Shown: positions 32,675 through 41,812, counted from the stretch's first letter. The stretch is DNA of 64,000 bases from Halioglobus sp. (GCA_020443425.1 JAGRIE010000014.1:12119-76118), one strand, 5' to 3'. Numbers and translations: made by a program. The notes: a model not told the origin generated them from the sequence alone.

Positions 32675-33802
32675 ATGTCTGTAGTGGGGAATACGGCCCT
32701 CAGTTTCACTGAAGAGCAGGCCATGTTACTGGATGTCGCCAGGCAGTTCTGCCGCGACAAGTCGCCGATCACTCGTGTGCGCGAGCAGCTCGAAACTGCA
32801 ACCGGGTTTGACGGCGCGCTGTGGGATGAAATGGTGGCGCTGGGCTGGACCGGTATCGCGCTGCCCGAGTCCTGTGGCGGTTCGGGTCTGGGGGTGGCGA
32901 CGCTGGTGCCGGTCGTCGAGGCCATGGGCCGCGCGATGCTGGGCACACCCTTGATCAGCAGCGCACTTGCGGGGCAGCTGTTGTTGCGCGCCGGAAACAG
33001 CGAGCAGTGTGAGCGCCTGTTACCGGCTATTGCGGCCGGGACTGTGGCCACAGTGGCGCTGCTGGACAATGCCGACTGGGGTAACGAGTCGGTGGCGCTG
33101 TCCCTGGATGGGCAGGGCGTATTGCAGGGCGGGAAGAAGTATGTCCCCGACGCTGCGGTCGCGAGCCTGTTCGTGGTCAGTGTGCGCTACCAGGGCGAGA
33201 TCGCGCTGGCCGTGGTACGCTCCGAGCAGCTGGGTGCGGGTGCGCTGCGTCCCAATACCCTGATCGACCAGACCAAGCGCTCGGCCAATGTGGATTTCAC
33301 CGGTGTGACCGTCGACCGGGACAATATCATTGCCGGCTCGAATGTCGTTGCCGCGCTGCGGGATATTCGCCTGTTAGGGGCGCTGCTGGTGGCGGCGGAA
33401 GCCACCGGCAGCGCAGCGGCCTGCCTGGATACGATTGTGGATTACCTGAAAACCCGCAAACAGTTCGGCAAGTTGATCGGTTCCTACCAGGCGCTGAAAC
33501 ACCCGACCGTGGATATACTGACAGCCACTGACTCTGCGCGGTCGTTTGTATATCATGCGGCGACCCTGGTCAGTGACGCGGTGTTGGACAGGGATGCCGA
33601 GGTCGCCTGTCGCATGGCGAAGGCGCAGGCCTGCCAGACACTGATCTACGCGGGTGATCGCGCCGTACAGTTTCACGGCGGCATGGGCTTTACCTACGAG
33701 TGTGATGCGCAGCTTTACATTCGCAGGGCGCAGTGGAGCCAGCAGCAGTTCGGTGATGCCCAGCACCATCGAAAACGACTGGCGGCACTGCTGCTCGACT
33801 AA
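32675..33802 (+). CDS. Acyl-CoA dehydrogenase, beta (partner) subunit
   Basis: Degenerate N-terminal FAD motif; RKQFGKLIGSYQALKH, QFHGGMGFTYE. ATG at 32675 follows GGGGG. Confidence 0.88.
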   Translation: MSVVGNTALSFTEEQAMLLDVARQFCRDKSPITRVREQLETATGFDGALWDEMVALGWTGIALPESCGGSGLGVATLVPVVEAMGRAMLGTPLISSALAGQLLLRAGNSEQCERLLPAIAAGTVATVALLDNADWGNESVALSLDGQGVLQGGKKYVPDAAVASLFVVSVRYQGEIALAVVRSEQLGAGALRPNTLIDQTKRSANVDFTGVTVDRDNIIAGSNVVAALRDIRLLGALLVAAEATGSAAACLDTIVDYLKTRKQFGKLIGSYQALKHPTVDILTATDSARSFVYHAATLVSDAVLDRDAEVACRMAKAQACQTLIYAGDRAVQFHGGMGFTYECDAQLYIRRAQWSQQQFGDAQHHRKRLAALLLD

Positions 33803-33818
33803 CAGGAATGTATCTTAC

Positions 33819-35234
33819 ATGGCGAAAAAGCATCGCGGTTTAAAGGGCAGCGCACTTCCCCGGACGCTCTCTGTATCCCTGGCCGGGCTCCGTGCCGGCG
33901 GTGCCCTGGCCATGGATGGCGTGGTGCAGCGAGTGATGGGGCGAGGCCCCGACGATGACGATTCCGAGTTCGCCCGGCGCGAGGCGCGGCGTTTTGTCCA
34001 GGAACTGGGCAAGCTCAAGGGCACCTACATCAAGATTGGGCAGATGCTGGCGCTGTTCGGGGAACAGTTCCTACCGCGTGTGCTGGTAACGGCACTGCGC
34101 GATCTGTCTGACAGCACCGAACCACTGCACTGGGATGCCCTGGAATCCTCCGTCCGGGACAGTCTGGGAGAGCGCTATGGGGAGTTGGATATCGATCCCC
34201 AGGCAATCGCTGCAGCGTCGCTGGCCCAGGTCCACCTGGCGAAGATTCGCGCAAGCGGTGAATGGATCTGCCTGAAGTTCCAGTATCCGGGGCTGGCACA
34301 GGTGATCGACTCGGATTTTGATGCGGTGGTGCGTATGCTGCTGCTGGCGCGCTGGGTGAAAGCGGGGCGGGAGTTGGATGACTGGCTGAAATCCATGCGT
34401 GCCCACCTGCACAATGAAATCGATTACCGCCGTGAAGCGACGTATACGCAGCGAATGAGTGCATTGATCGCCGGTGTCAACAACGACAGCTCGGTGCGCT
34501 ACCACGTGCCGCAGTTATACCCGCAGTACTGCACCGACACGGTGTTGGCCATGGAGTACATTGAGGGGTTTTCGGTGGCAGACCCGGATGTGGCAAAGCT
34601 GTCGCTGGAGCGGCGCAACGCGCTGGCTAAAGCGATGCTGGAACTGTTTTTTTACGAACTCTATGAATGGGGCCTGCTGCAAACCGATCCCAATTTCGGC
34701 AATTACCTGTTGCGTGTCGACGACCGGCGCAAGCGAATCGCCGAGGATGAGCTGGTGCTGCTGGATTTCGGCTCTGTGCTGGAATGTCCCGAGGATTTCC
34801 TGCTGCATCTGCGACGGACGATCGATGCGGGTATGCGACAGAACAGGCCGCAGCTGGTGGAGGGCCTGATCGGGCTCGGCTGCCTGCAGCCGGATGCGAG
34901 CGACGAGGGGCGCGCGCTTTTTGCGCAGTTCTGCCAGCACCTGCTGGAGCCGCTGCGACCGCCGGAGCGGCTGCCTGAGCAATACCTCAACGAGAACGGT
35001 GAGTACTGCTGGGGTCGCTCGCAACTGATGCGCCGTGCCGGCGCGCTGGCCGCGCAATCGACTGTCAGTCGGCATTTCACGACACCCTCGCGCGATTTTG
35101 CGTTGATCGCGAGAAAGTTAACGGGCGTGTTCAACTTCATTGTGGCACTGGATGCCCAGTTCAACGCCTATGAGCTGGTCGAGGCCCACATCCGTCGATG
35201 GCGGCAGAGGGAGCGGCGTGGCGCGCAAAAATAA
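33819..35234 (+). CDS. ABC1/UbiB (COQ8-like) atypical kinase/ATPase, copy 1
   Basis: KIGQ (KxGQ), AAASLAQVH, QTDPNFGNY, LLDFG. Confidence 0.9.
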   Translation: MAKKHRGLKGSALPRTLSVSLAGLRAGGALAMDGVVQRVMGRGPDDDDSEFARREARRFVQELGKLKGTYIKIGQMLALFGEQFLPRVLVTALRDLSDSTEPLHWDALESSVRDSLGERYGELDIDPQAIAAASLAQVHLAKIRASGEWICLKFQYPGLAQVIDSDFDAVVRMLLLARWVKAGRELDDWLKSMRAHLHNEIDYRREATYTQRMSALIAGVNNDSSVRYHVPQLYPQYCTDTVLAMEYIEGFSVADPDVAKLSLERRNALAKAMLELFFYELYEWGLLQTDPNFGNYLLRVDDRRKRIAEDELVLLDFGSVLECPEDFLLHLRRTIDAGMRQNRPQLVEGLIGLGCLQPDASDEGRALFAQFCQHLLEPLRPPERLPEQYLNENGEYCWGRSQLMRRAGALAAQSTVSRHFTTPSRDFALIARKLTGVFNFIVALDAQFNAYELVEAHIRRWRQRERRGAQK

Positions 35235-36549
35235 AGACAAGGACGACGGCTCGAAATCGATTCCCACCTCCCGTGCCGCACGGTTCGCGCGCATGGCGCG
35301 CATGGCCGGCGGTGTCGCTGGCGGCATGCTGGCTGAGGGTTCGCGCCAACTGCGCGCCGGCAAGCGCCCGTCGACCAGGGATATGTTATTGACGCCGGCC
35401 AACGCGCGCCGGGTGGCAGAGCAACTGGCCACCATGCGCGGCGCGGCGATGAAGGTCGGGCAGATCCTCTCGATGGACACCGGGGAGTTCCTGCCGCGCG
35501 AACTGGCTGACATTCTCGCGCGCTTGCGCGACGACGCCCGTTACATGCCGGTGCAGCAGTTGCACGCCGTCATGCGTGAGGCCTATGGCGCAGACTGGGA
35601 AAGCCTGTTCTACGGGTTTGAAACCCGGCCGCTGGCGGCTGCCTCCATCGGCCAGGTGCACAGGACGATTTCTCCCGACGGCCGTGAGATCGTGCTGAAA
35701 GTGCAGTACCCGGGCGTTGCCGACAGCATTGACAGCGACGTCGACAATATCGCCAGCCTGCTGCGGATCTCGGGGCTGCTGCCCGAGGGCCTCGATATAC
35801 AACCGCTGCTCGACGACGCCAAATGCCAGCTCCGGGACGAGGCGGACTATTTCAAGGAAGCGGAATTCCTGCAGGCGTTTGGCGAACTGCTCGGCGATGA
35901 CGATCGCTTCCTGCTGCCGCAGGTGCTGCCTGAGCTGACCCGCCGCAATGTGTTGGCGATGACCTATGCCAGCGGAAGCCCGATCGATTCCATTACCGAC
36001 CTGCCACAGGCGGAGCGCGACCGTGTGATGAGTGCACTGATCGAACTCATGTTGCTGGAATTGTTCGAACTCAGGATGGTGCAGACCGATCCGAACTTTG
36101 CCAACTACCAGTATCGCCGTAAAACGGGTGAAATCGTACTGCTCGATTTCGGCGCAACGCGTCGCTTCAAGGCGAGTTTCGTCAACAACTACAAGAAACT
36201 CGCCCGCGCGGCGATCGCCGGGGACAGGGCCAAGGTCGCTGCGGCTGCAGAGCGGCTGGGGTTTTCCATGGGTGAAAAGGACACCGAGTACCGGGAGCTG
36301 GTGCTGGAGGTCCTGATGCTGGTGCTGGAGCCGTTGCGCGATGATGTCGATTACGATTTTGCCCGCTCCACCATGGCCCGCGACCTGTCAACGCTGGCGG
36401 AGGATGTGCGCGGTTACCGCAATTTCTGGCGCGCGCCACCGATAGATGCGGTGTATTTCCATCGGAAGGTGGCAGGCATGTACCTGCTGGCGACACGCCT
36501 GAAAGCGCGTGTGAATGTGCACCGGCTGGTCATGCGCTGGCTCGATTGA
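35218..36549 (+). CDS. ABC1/UbiB (COQ8-like) atypical kinase/ATPase, copy 2
   Basis: MRGAAMKVGQILS, AAASIGQVH, KVQYPGVA, ELFE..QTDPNFANY, LLDFGATR. GTG start overlaps the end of copy 1. Confidence 0.92.
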   Translation: MARKNKDKDDGSKSIPTSRAARFARMARMAGGVAGGMLAEGSRQLRAGKRPSTRDMLLTPANARRVAEQLATMRGAAMKVGQILSMDTGEFLPRELADILARLRDDARYMPVQQLHAVMREAYGADWESLFYGFETRPLAAASIGQVHRTISPDGREIVLKVQYPGVADSIDSDVDNIASLLRISGLLPEGLDIQPLLDDAKCQLRDEADYFKEAEFLQAFGELLGDDDRFLLPQVLPELTRRNVLAMTYASGSPIDSITDLPQAERDRVMSALIELMLLELFELRMVQTDPNFANYQYRRKTGEIVLLDFGATRRFKASFVNNYKKLARAAIAGDRAKVAAAAERLGFSMGEKDTEYRELVLEVLMLVLEPLRDDVDYDFARSTMARDLSTLAEDVRGYRNFWRAPPIDAVYFHRKVAGMYLLATRLKARVNVHRLVMRWLD

Positions 36550-36558
36550 GCCCGGGCG

Positions 36559-38010
36559 CTAGCGGCGTCGCGATGTTCTGCCTGCCTTCTTCTGCGGCAG
36601 TGCCGCCGCCCGCAACTCCTCAAACGACTGTTGCAGGCAGTCCGCATAAAAGGCCGGGTCCGGCAGCATATCGCGGCAGGCGGTGAACGACAGGTTGACG
36701 CTGCCCTTCTTGTTCTCGACCGAGCTGTAGACGACGTGAAACAGGCCGACATTCGGCAGCAGTGGGCCGAGGCTGATCGAGTCGATCAATGCGGCACCGC
36801 ACATGTAGAGCTGGAACGGCGGCCCCGGAACATTGGTGACAACCGTGTTGAACACGACACTGGCCTCCGCCAGCCCGGTGGCGCTCGCCGTGCGTATGGC
36901 CAGCGATAGTACATTGCCCGGCATCACGTCGGTGAGGTCGACAGCGAAGCGCGGCCCCAGTGCCTCGGCATAGGCTTTGGCAGACTGCGACTCCTCGTGC
37001 ACGGCGGCCAGTCGCTCGCAGGGGTCGACGATGTCGGTGCGCAGGCCCACATTCATAAACCCGACCATGTTGCCGCCGGCGGCGCGCTCCTGGGCCGAGC
37101 GCACATCGATCGGGCAGCCGGTGACCAGTGAGTGGTCGGGCAGTTCGCCCTTGCTCTGCAGGTATCTGCGCATGCCGCCGCCGACGATAGTCAGCATGAC
37201 ATCGTTCACCGTGGTGCCCGGTTGGGTATTCTTGATAGCCCGGATTTCCTCAAAGTCGAATTTGCGGGCCTCGACCACCCGGTGCCGTGATATCCGGCCC
37301 TGGAAACGCGTTTTCTGTTTGTCCTCCAGGTTGTGGAAGCTCTTTTCCTGCCGGCCCTTGCGCAGTCGCATGAAGGTGGGGCCGGCGTCTTTCAGCATAT
37401 CGAAGACCTGCCCCGGTTTGCGCCACGCATCCAGGTACGCTTTACCGAGCATTTTCGGCATGGAGAGGCGCTCCACGATCCACGGTGGCGGCTCGCCGAC
37501 GTCGCGAGTCTCCGGCGTGAGATCGTGCACGATATTCATGAACTGCGTGCCGGTGGCGCCGTCCATCGCGCAGTGATGGACCTTCATCAGCAGTGCGAAG
37601 CACCCCGGCGGGTAGCCCTCGATATTGTTGAGGCCTTCGATGACATAGATTTCCCACATCGGTTTGTCGCGGCGCAGTGGCTGGGAGTGGATGCGCGCGG
37701 TCAGGATGCACAGCTGTCGCCAGTCGCCCGGTTTTGGCAGGGCGATATGGCGGACATGGTATTCCATGTCGAAGTCAGGATCTTCAACCCAGTAGGGTCG
37801 CCCCAGGTTGTAGGGCACGAATGCCAGCTTGCGCCGGAAAATCGGTGACAGGTGCACGCGGCTGTGCAGCATGTCCAGGATTTGCTTGAAGCGGACCTTG
37901 CCGTCGGGGACAGTGGACTGGTCGTAAATGCTGACACCGCCGATATGCTGTGGCAGGCCGTCCAGTTCGGCGTGCAGGAACATGGCGTCCTGGCCGGATA
38001 ACTGCTGCAT
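36559..38010 (-). CDS. Wax ester synthase/diacylglycerol acyltransferase (WS/DGAT)
   Basis: MQQLSGQDAMFL, catalytic HHCAMDG (HHxxxDG), GTTVNDV, TNVPGP. Confidence 0.93.
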   Translation of the reverse strand: MQQLSGQDAMFLHAELDGLPQHIGGVSIYDQSTVPDGKVRFKQILDMLHSRVHLSPIFRRKLAFVPYNLGRPYWVEDPDFDMEYHVRHIALPKPGDWRQLCILTARIHSQPLRRDKPMWEIYVIEGLNNIEGYPPGCFALLMKVHHCAMDGATGTQFMNIVHDLTPETRDVGEPPPWIVERLSMPKMLGKAYLDAWRKPGQVFDMLKDAGPTFMRLRKGRQEKSFHNLEDKQKTRFQGRISRHRVVEARKFDFEEIRAIKNTQPGTTVNDVMLTIVGGGMRRYLQSKGELPDHSLVTGCPIDVRSAQERAAGGNMVGFMNVGLRTDIVDPCERLAAVHEESQSAKAYAEALGPRFAVDLTDVMPGNVLSLAIRTASATGLAEASVVFNTVVTNVPGPPFQLYMCGAALIDSISLGPLLPNVGLFHVVYSSVENKKGSVNLSFTACRDMLPDPAFYADCLQQSFEELRAAALPQKKAGRTSRRR

Positions 38011-38105
38011 GCTGGTACCTCAGTAATATGATTATTGTTGCACCCAGCATACTGCTGCCACTGCTGGCGTCAAGAGCTATCTGGTGGTGACTGCGGCCGG
38101 TGTCG

Positions 38106-40136
38106 TCACTGCGCACTGACCGGCGTCGCCCGGCCCCGCTGCAGCCGTCCGAGGTGGCGGGTGTAGGTGGCGGGAGAAAACGGCCTGCCCAGGAACGCCT
38201 CCACCATATCTGCTGCAGGCTTGCTGCCGGCAGCGGCGAGTATCTGTTCCCGGTAATCGCGGGCGGTACCCTTGTCGCGCAGTCCATGGCGCTGGAAACG
38301 GCTGAACAAGTCCATCGAGATAGCCTGCGACCACTGGTAGATATAGTAGTTCGACGAATAGCCATTCAGGTGGCGGAAGTTGTTGTAGAAGTGTGTGCCC
38401 TGCACATACGGATAGGGTGAATGCTGGGCCTGTAATTCTCTCATCAGCGGCAGCAGTTCGAAGCTGCCGGGGTCGCGGTTGTGGTAGTGGAGCGCGAGAT
38501 TGGCATAGAAAACCTGTGTACGGGTGTTGGCCGCTTCGCCAAAGTGCTGGGCAGCGTTCATTGTCTCCACCAGGGCCGGAGAGATGCGCTGGCCCTGATC
38601 ATTGATGGCTAACTCGCGCAATGTCTCGTAGTGCCACGCCCACTGTTCCAGCAGTTGCGACGGTGCCTCGACAAAGTCGCGCTCCATGGTCATGCCGGCG
38701 ATATCCAGCCATCGCTGGGTGCCGGAAAACATATTGTGCAGCAGATGGCCGAACTCATGCAGGAAGGACTCCACCTGCTTATGCTCCATCAGGCCACGCG
38801 GGAAATTGGTCGCCATGCCGGACAGGGGTATCTGCCTGTCCTTCAGGCCCGCGCGCAGGGTCCAGTGCGCGGCGTGGCCGTACTTGTTGTCCCGTGGATG
38901 CATGTCGAGGTAGAAACGCCCGATGGCCCTGCCCTGTTCACGGATCTCCCACGCCGTGACATCGGGGTGCCAGGTCGGGGTCTGCCACGGCACGATCCGG
39001 ACACCAAACAGGTCTTCGGTGAGAGCAAAGATTCCGCTCTGTACCCGGTCGAAATGAAAGTAGTTGCGGATCTCTCGCGCATCCAGTGCGTATTCCTCCT
39101 GCTGTACCAGGTTTGTCAGCCAGTCGACCTGCCATGCCTGCACTTGCTGTGCCTGCGGGTCGACCCGCTGCAGGCGCGAGAGCAGGGTATCAACGTCGCT
39201 GTTCGCGGGGGATTGCAGCGCTGAGTCCAGCGCTGCCAGGAACTGCTGGACAGTCTGTGGGCGGGCGGTCATCAGCCCGTCCATTGCCAGGGCGGCGTGG
39301 CTGTCATATCCCAGCAATACGGCCAGTTCATGGCGGCGCGATAACAGCCTCTCCAGGGTCTCGGTGTTGGAGGGGGTGGCGATACTTTTGGCGGCCTTGA
39401 ACAGGCGGTGGCGCAGTTCATCGCTGGATGCGTATTTCATTACCGGGAGGTAGTCGGGGTAGTCCGTCGAAATCGTCACGAGACCCTGTTCGTCCACCGG
39501 GTGTGCGTCCACAAAATCCCGGGGTAATCCCGCCAGTTGGGCCGGGGTAACCTGAACGTAGCGCTTGTCGAGGCGGATGGCTTTCTCAAAGCGGCTGCCG
39601 AGATCCGTAATGTCGGTGACCAGCGCGCGCACCTGCTTGCGGGTGGCCGCATCGCGGTCGACACCTGACTGTCGAAACAGCCTGAGTTTCCTGTCGACCA
39701 TGTAGCGCTCCTGGTCGCTGGCCTCGCTCAGGTCGATTGCCGCAACCCTCTGGTAAAAAGCCGGGGACAGATTCATGGCGACGATGAAATCCGTGTACTG
39801 AGAGATGCAGCGCTCGGCGGCTGTCTGCACGCCGGGCGACGGGTGTACGGCTTTCATGTACCAGATATGCTGGATTGGCTGCAGGTCTGTCAGTATTGCG
39901 TCGTAGGCGCCGTAAACCCGCTGCAGAGTGGCCGCTTGCGTATCCTGTTCGAGCCTGCCGAAAGCCTCGCGGGCAGTGGCCAGGGTGCTGTCGCACAGCG
40001 CTGTGAGCCCGGCGCCGGTGAGTGTGTAGTCCCAGCCATCGCGGGCGCTGGAGTGAGAGCTGTCCGCCGCGACGGCGGTGCCGAGGGTGAACCACATCCA
40101 GATCGCGACAGGCACGGCGAGTCGGATTGCTGTCAC
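38106..40136 (-). CDS. M3A (thimet oligopeptidase-like) zinc metallopeptidase with predicted signal peptide
   Basis: HEFGHLLH, DFVEAPSQLLE, FYLDMHPRDNKYGHAA, YYIYQWS. GTG start follows GGAGGT. Confidence 0.92.
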   Translation of the reverse strand: MTAIRLAVPVAIWMWFTLGTAVAADSSHSSARDGWDYTLTGAGLTALCDSTLATAREAFGRLEQDTQAATLQRVYGAYDAILTDLQPIQHIWYMKAVHPSPGVQTAAERCISQYTDFIVAMNLSPAFYQRVAAIDLSEASDQERYMVDRKLRLFRQSGVDRDAATRKQVRALVTDITDLGSRFEKAIRLDKRYVQVTPAQLAGLPRDFVDAHPVDEQGLVTISTDYPDYLPVMKYASSDELRHRLFKAAKSIATPSNTETLERLLSRRHELAVLLGYDSHAALAMDGLMTARPQTVQQFLAALDSALQSPANSDVDTLLSRLQRVDPQAQQVQAWQVDWLTNLVQQEEYALDAREIRNYFHFDRVQSGIFALTEDLFGVRIVPWQTPTWHPDVTAWEIREQGRAIGRFYLDMHPRDNKYGHAAHWTLRAGLKDRQIPLSGMATNFPRGLMEHKQVESFLHEFGHLLHNMFSGTQRWLDIAGMTMERDFVEAPSQLLEQWAWHYETLRELAINDQGQRISPALVETMNAAQHFGEAANTRTQVFYANLALHYHNRDPGSFELLPLMRELQAQHSPYPYVQGTHFYNNFRHLNGYSSNYYIYQWSQAISMDLFSRFQRHGLRDKGTARDYREQILAAAGSKPAADMVEAFLGRPFSPATYTRHLGRLQRGRATPVSAQ

Positions 40137-40227
40137 TTCGACCTCCGGTTTGCCGTGCGTGAGGGGTGAGGTGGTCTGGTCATCGGTTACAGGATTGTCC
40201 AGTTGTTGCCAACGGGTATTCTACATT

Positions 40228-40272
40228 AAAAAAAAGCACCGCCCGCCACCACGGTCGGGAGCGGGCAGTGCT
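40228..40272 (-). terminator. Intrinsic terminator after the MFS gene
   Basis: Minus strand AGCACTGCCCGC...GCGGGCGGTGCT followed by T8. Confidence 0.8.
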
Positions 40273-40286
40273 GGAGCGTCGCCGCG

Positions 40287-41513
40287 TCAGTTGGCGGCGA
40301 CGACCTGGCGGTTCTCACTGGCCTCCTCTTTGCGTATGCGCGCTACCAGCGGTACCAGCACCACGGCCAACAGTGGTGCAAAGATCGCCAGCAGTATCAG
40401 CAGTGTCGAGGTGACGCCATATCGGTCCAGCGCATAGCCCAGCAGTGGGCCGGTGCCGATAAAGATCGCGCGCACCGCCAGGCTGACCAGCGAGTTGACG
40501 GTGGCGCGAAAGTTTCCCGGTACCCGCCGATTCAGGGCTTCGTAGAAGAGGCTCATGCTCAGTCCCCTGGATATCTGCAGGGCGAAGCCGAACATGACCC
40601 CGATCCATCCTGCACCCAGGGCCATACCGAGCAATCCCAGCAGCGGCAGCGTGCCTATCAGCAACAGGACGCGGTGCGTACCCAGACGCTGCTCCAGCGC
40701 GCTGGCGTAATTGGCGGATACGCTCACGGTGAGCGCAAACGCCGCCCAGATATAGCCATTCCACTCTATCGGGACGCCCTGGAACTCCCAGTATTTCTGG
40801 TAGATCCAGAATACATACACCGCCAGCAGGCCAAATGCCGCAATAGCGAAGGCTGTCCACAGCACCACGGGCTTACCGAACAGCAGTAACTCCAGAATGG
40901 AGCGCGCGTTATTGCGGTGGTTGACCTCGATAACCGGTCGCGGCACCTCGACCAGTGCCAGCGCCAGCAGCAGTGGCATAAGCCCGATCACGGCCTGTGC
41001 GATGACGACGGCATCAAGCGACCACAACAGCAGCAGGCTGGCGATGATACCGGCGATGCCGGACGCGGCGGCCTCGATGGAAATCAGGCGGCTAAGCGAC
41101 TTACTGGTTGTGGTGCTGCCTTCGCCGCCCTGCTCCTGCAGGTACACCTCGGTATCAAACAACAGCGCCAGATCAGCGCCTGAGACCAGGCTGAAACCAA
41201 GGCCGAGGATCACCTCGTAGATCAGGAAATCGACGAAGCTGTCGGCCAGCAACAGGAATAAAAAGCCAATCGCGAAGAACACCGCTCCCAGCAGTATCGC
41301 GCGACGCCTGCCCCAGATGTCAGCAATGTAACCGGAGGGGACTTCGAACAGCGCGATGGTCAATGCGAACAGGGCCTGGGTCTGCAGGACCTCGTTCATG
41401 GACAGGTCGTGGCCCTGCAGCAACGGCACGAACACGGGGTTGATCACCATAAAGCTGTTGAAAAATCCCAACAGGTAGATGTTACGGATATTGTTGTGTA
41501 AAGACTTGTTCAC
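40287..41513 (-). CDS. MFS transporter of unknown substrate (YxaM-like)
   Basis: About 12 TM segments; FEVPSGYIADIWGRR motif A; RVPGNFRATVNS. GTG start follows AAGGA. Confidence 0.9.
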   Translation of the reverse strand: MNKSLHNNIRNIYLLGFFNSFMVINPVFVPLLQGHDLSMNEVLQTQALFALTIALFEVPSGYIADIWGRRRAILLGAVFFAIGFLFLLLADSFVDFLIYEVILGLGFSLVSGADLALLFDTEVYLQEQGGEGSTTTSKSLSRLISIEAAASGIAGIIASLLLLWSLDAVVIAQAVIGLMPLLLALALVEVPRPVIEVNHRNNARSILELLLFGKPVVLWTAFAIAAFGLLAVYVFWIYQKYWEFQGVPIEWNGYIWAAFALTVSVSANYASALEQRLGTHRVLLLIGTLPLLGLLGMALGAGWIGVMFGFALQISRGLSMSLFYEALNRRVPGNFRATVNSLVSLAVRAIFIGTGPLLGYALDRYGVTSTLLILLAIFAPLLAVVLVPLVARIRKEEASENRQVVAAN

Positions 41514-41570
41514 TTTCCTTGTCCCATTGTTGCCCGGGACCCTGAAAGCGGAGGCGTTTCTTGCGAGAAT

Positions 41571-41610
41571 AAAAAAAGGCCTCCGGAATCAGGGTTCTCG
41601 GAGGCCTTTT
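41571..41610 (-). terminator. Intrinsic terminator in the MFS 5' leader (attenuator terminator)
   Basis: Minus strand AAAAGGCCTCCG-agaaccctgattc-CGGAGGCCTTTTTTT, 57 nt upstream of the MFS start. Confidence 0.85.
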
Positions 41611-41626
41611 CTAAAGAGTGTCTACT

Positions 41627-41734
41627 TTAAGCGCTTCCAAAAACCTCGCTGTCCGCCCACAGGCAGACGGCGCGCATCACGGCGATTGAGCCGTGGCGCA
41701 CGGGGGTGCTTGTCTGTTTGAATGCGGTGTTCAT
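41627..41734 (-). CDS. Putative leader peptide (35-aa uORF) MNTAFKQTSTPVRHGSIAVMRAVCLWADSEVFGSA
   Basis: Lies between a sigma70 promoter and the terminator; its stop is 16 nt before the terminator; its Glu-Val-Phe codons can pair with the terminator 5' arm. Confidence 0.6.
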   Translation of the reverse strand: MNTAFKQTSTPVRHGSIAVMRAVCLWADSEVFGSA

Positions 41735-41783
41735 GGTGTTCACTTCAGTGTCAATCATTCGGTGTGCCGGTTGGCAGCGGCGA

Positions 41784-41812
41784 ATAATGCGCCCGCATTT
41801 TTTGCGCGTCAA
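41784..41812 (-). promoter_or_regulatory. Putative sigma70 promoter for the leader and MFS gene
   Basis: Minus strand TTGACG-17-CATTAT. Confidence 0.65.

Noticed and set aside
38106-41734. uORF + MFS + M3 peptidase read as a RiPP precursor/transporter/protease cluster
   Set aside because: There is no modifying enzyme, a strong terminator separates the MFS and peptidase genes, and the uORF fits an attenuator geometry better.
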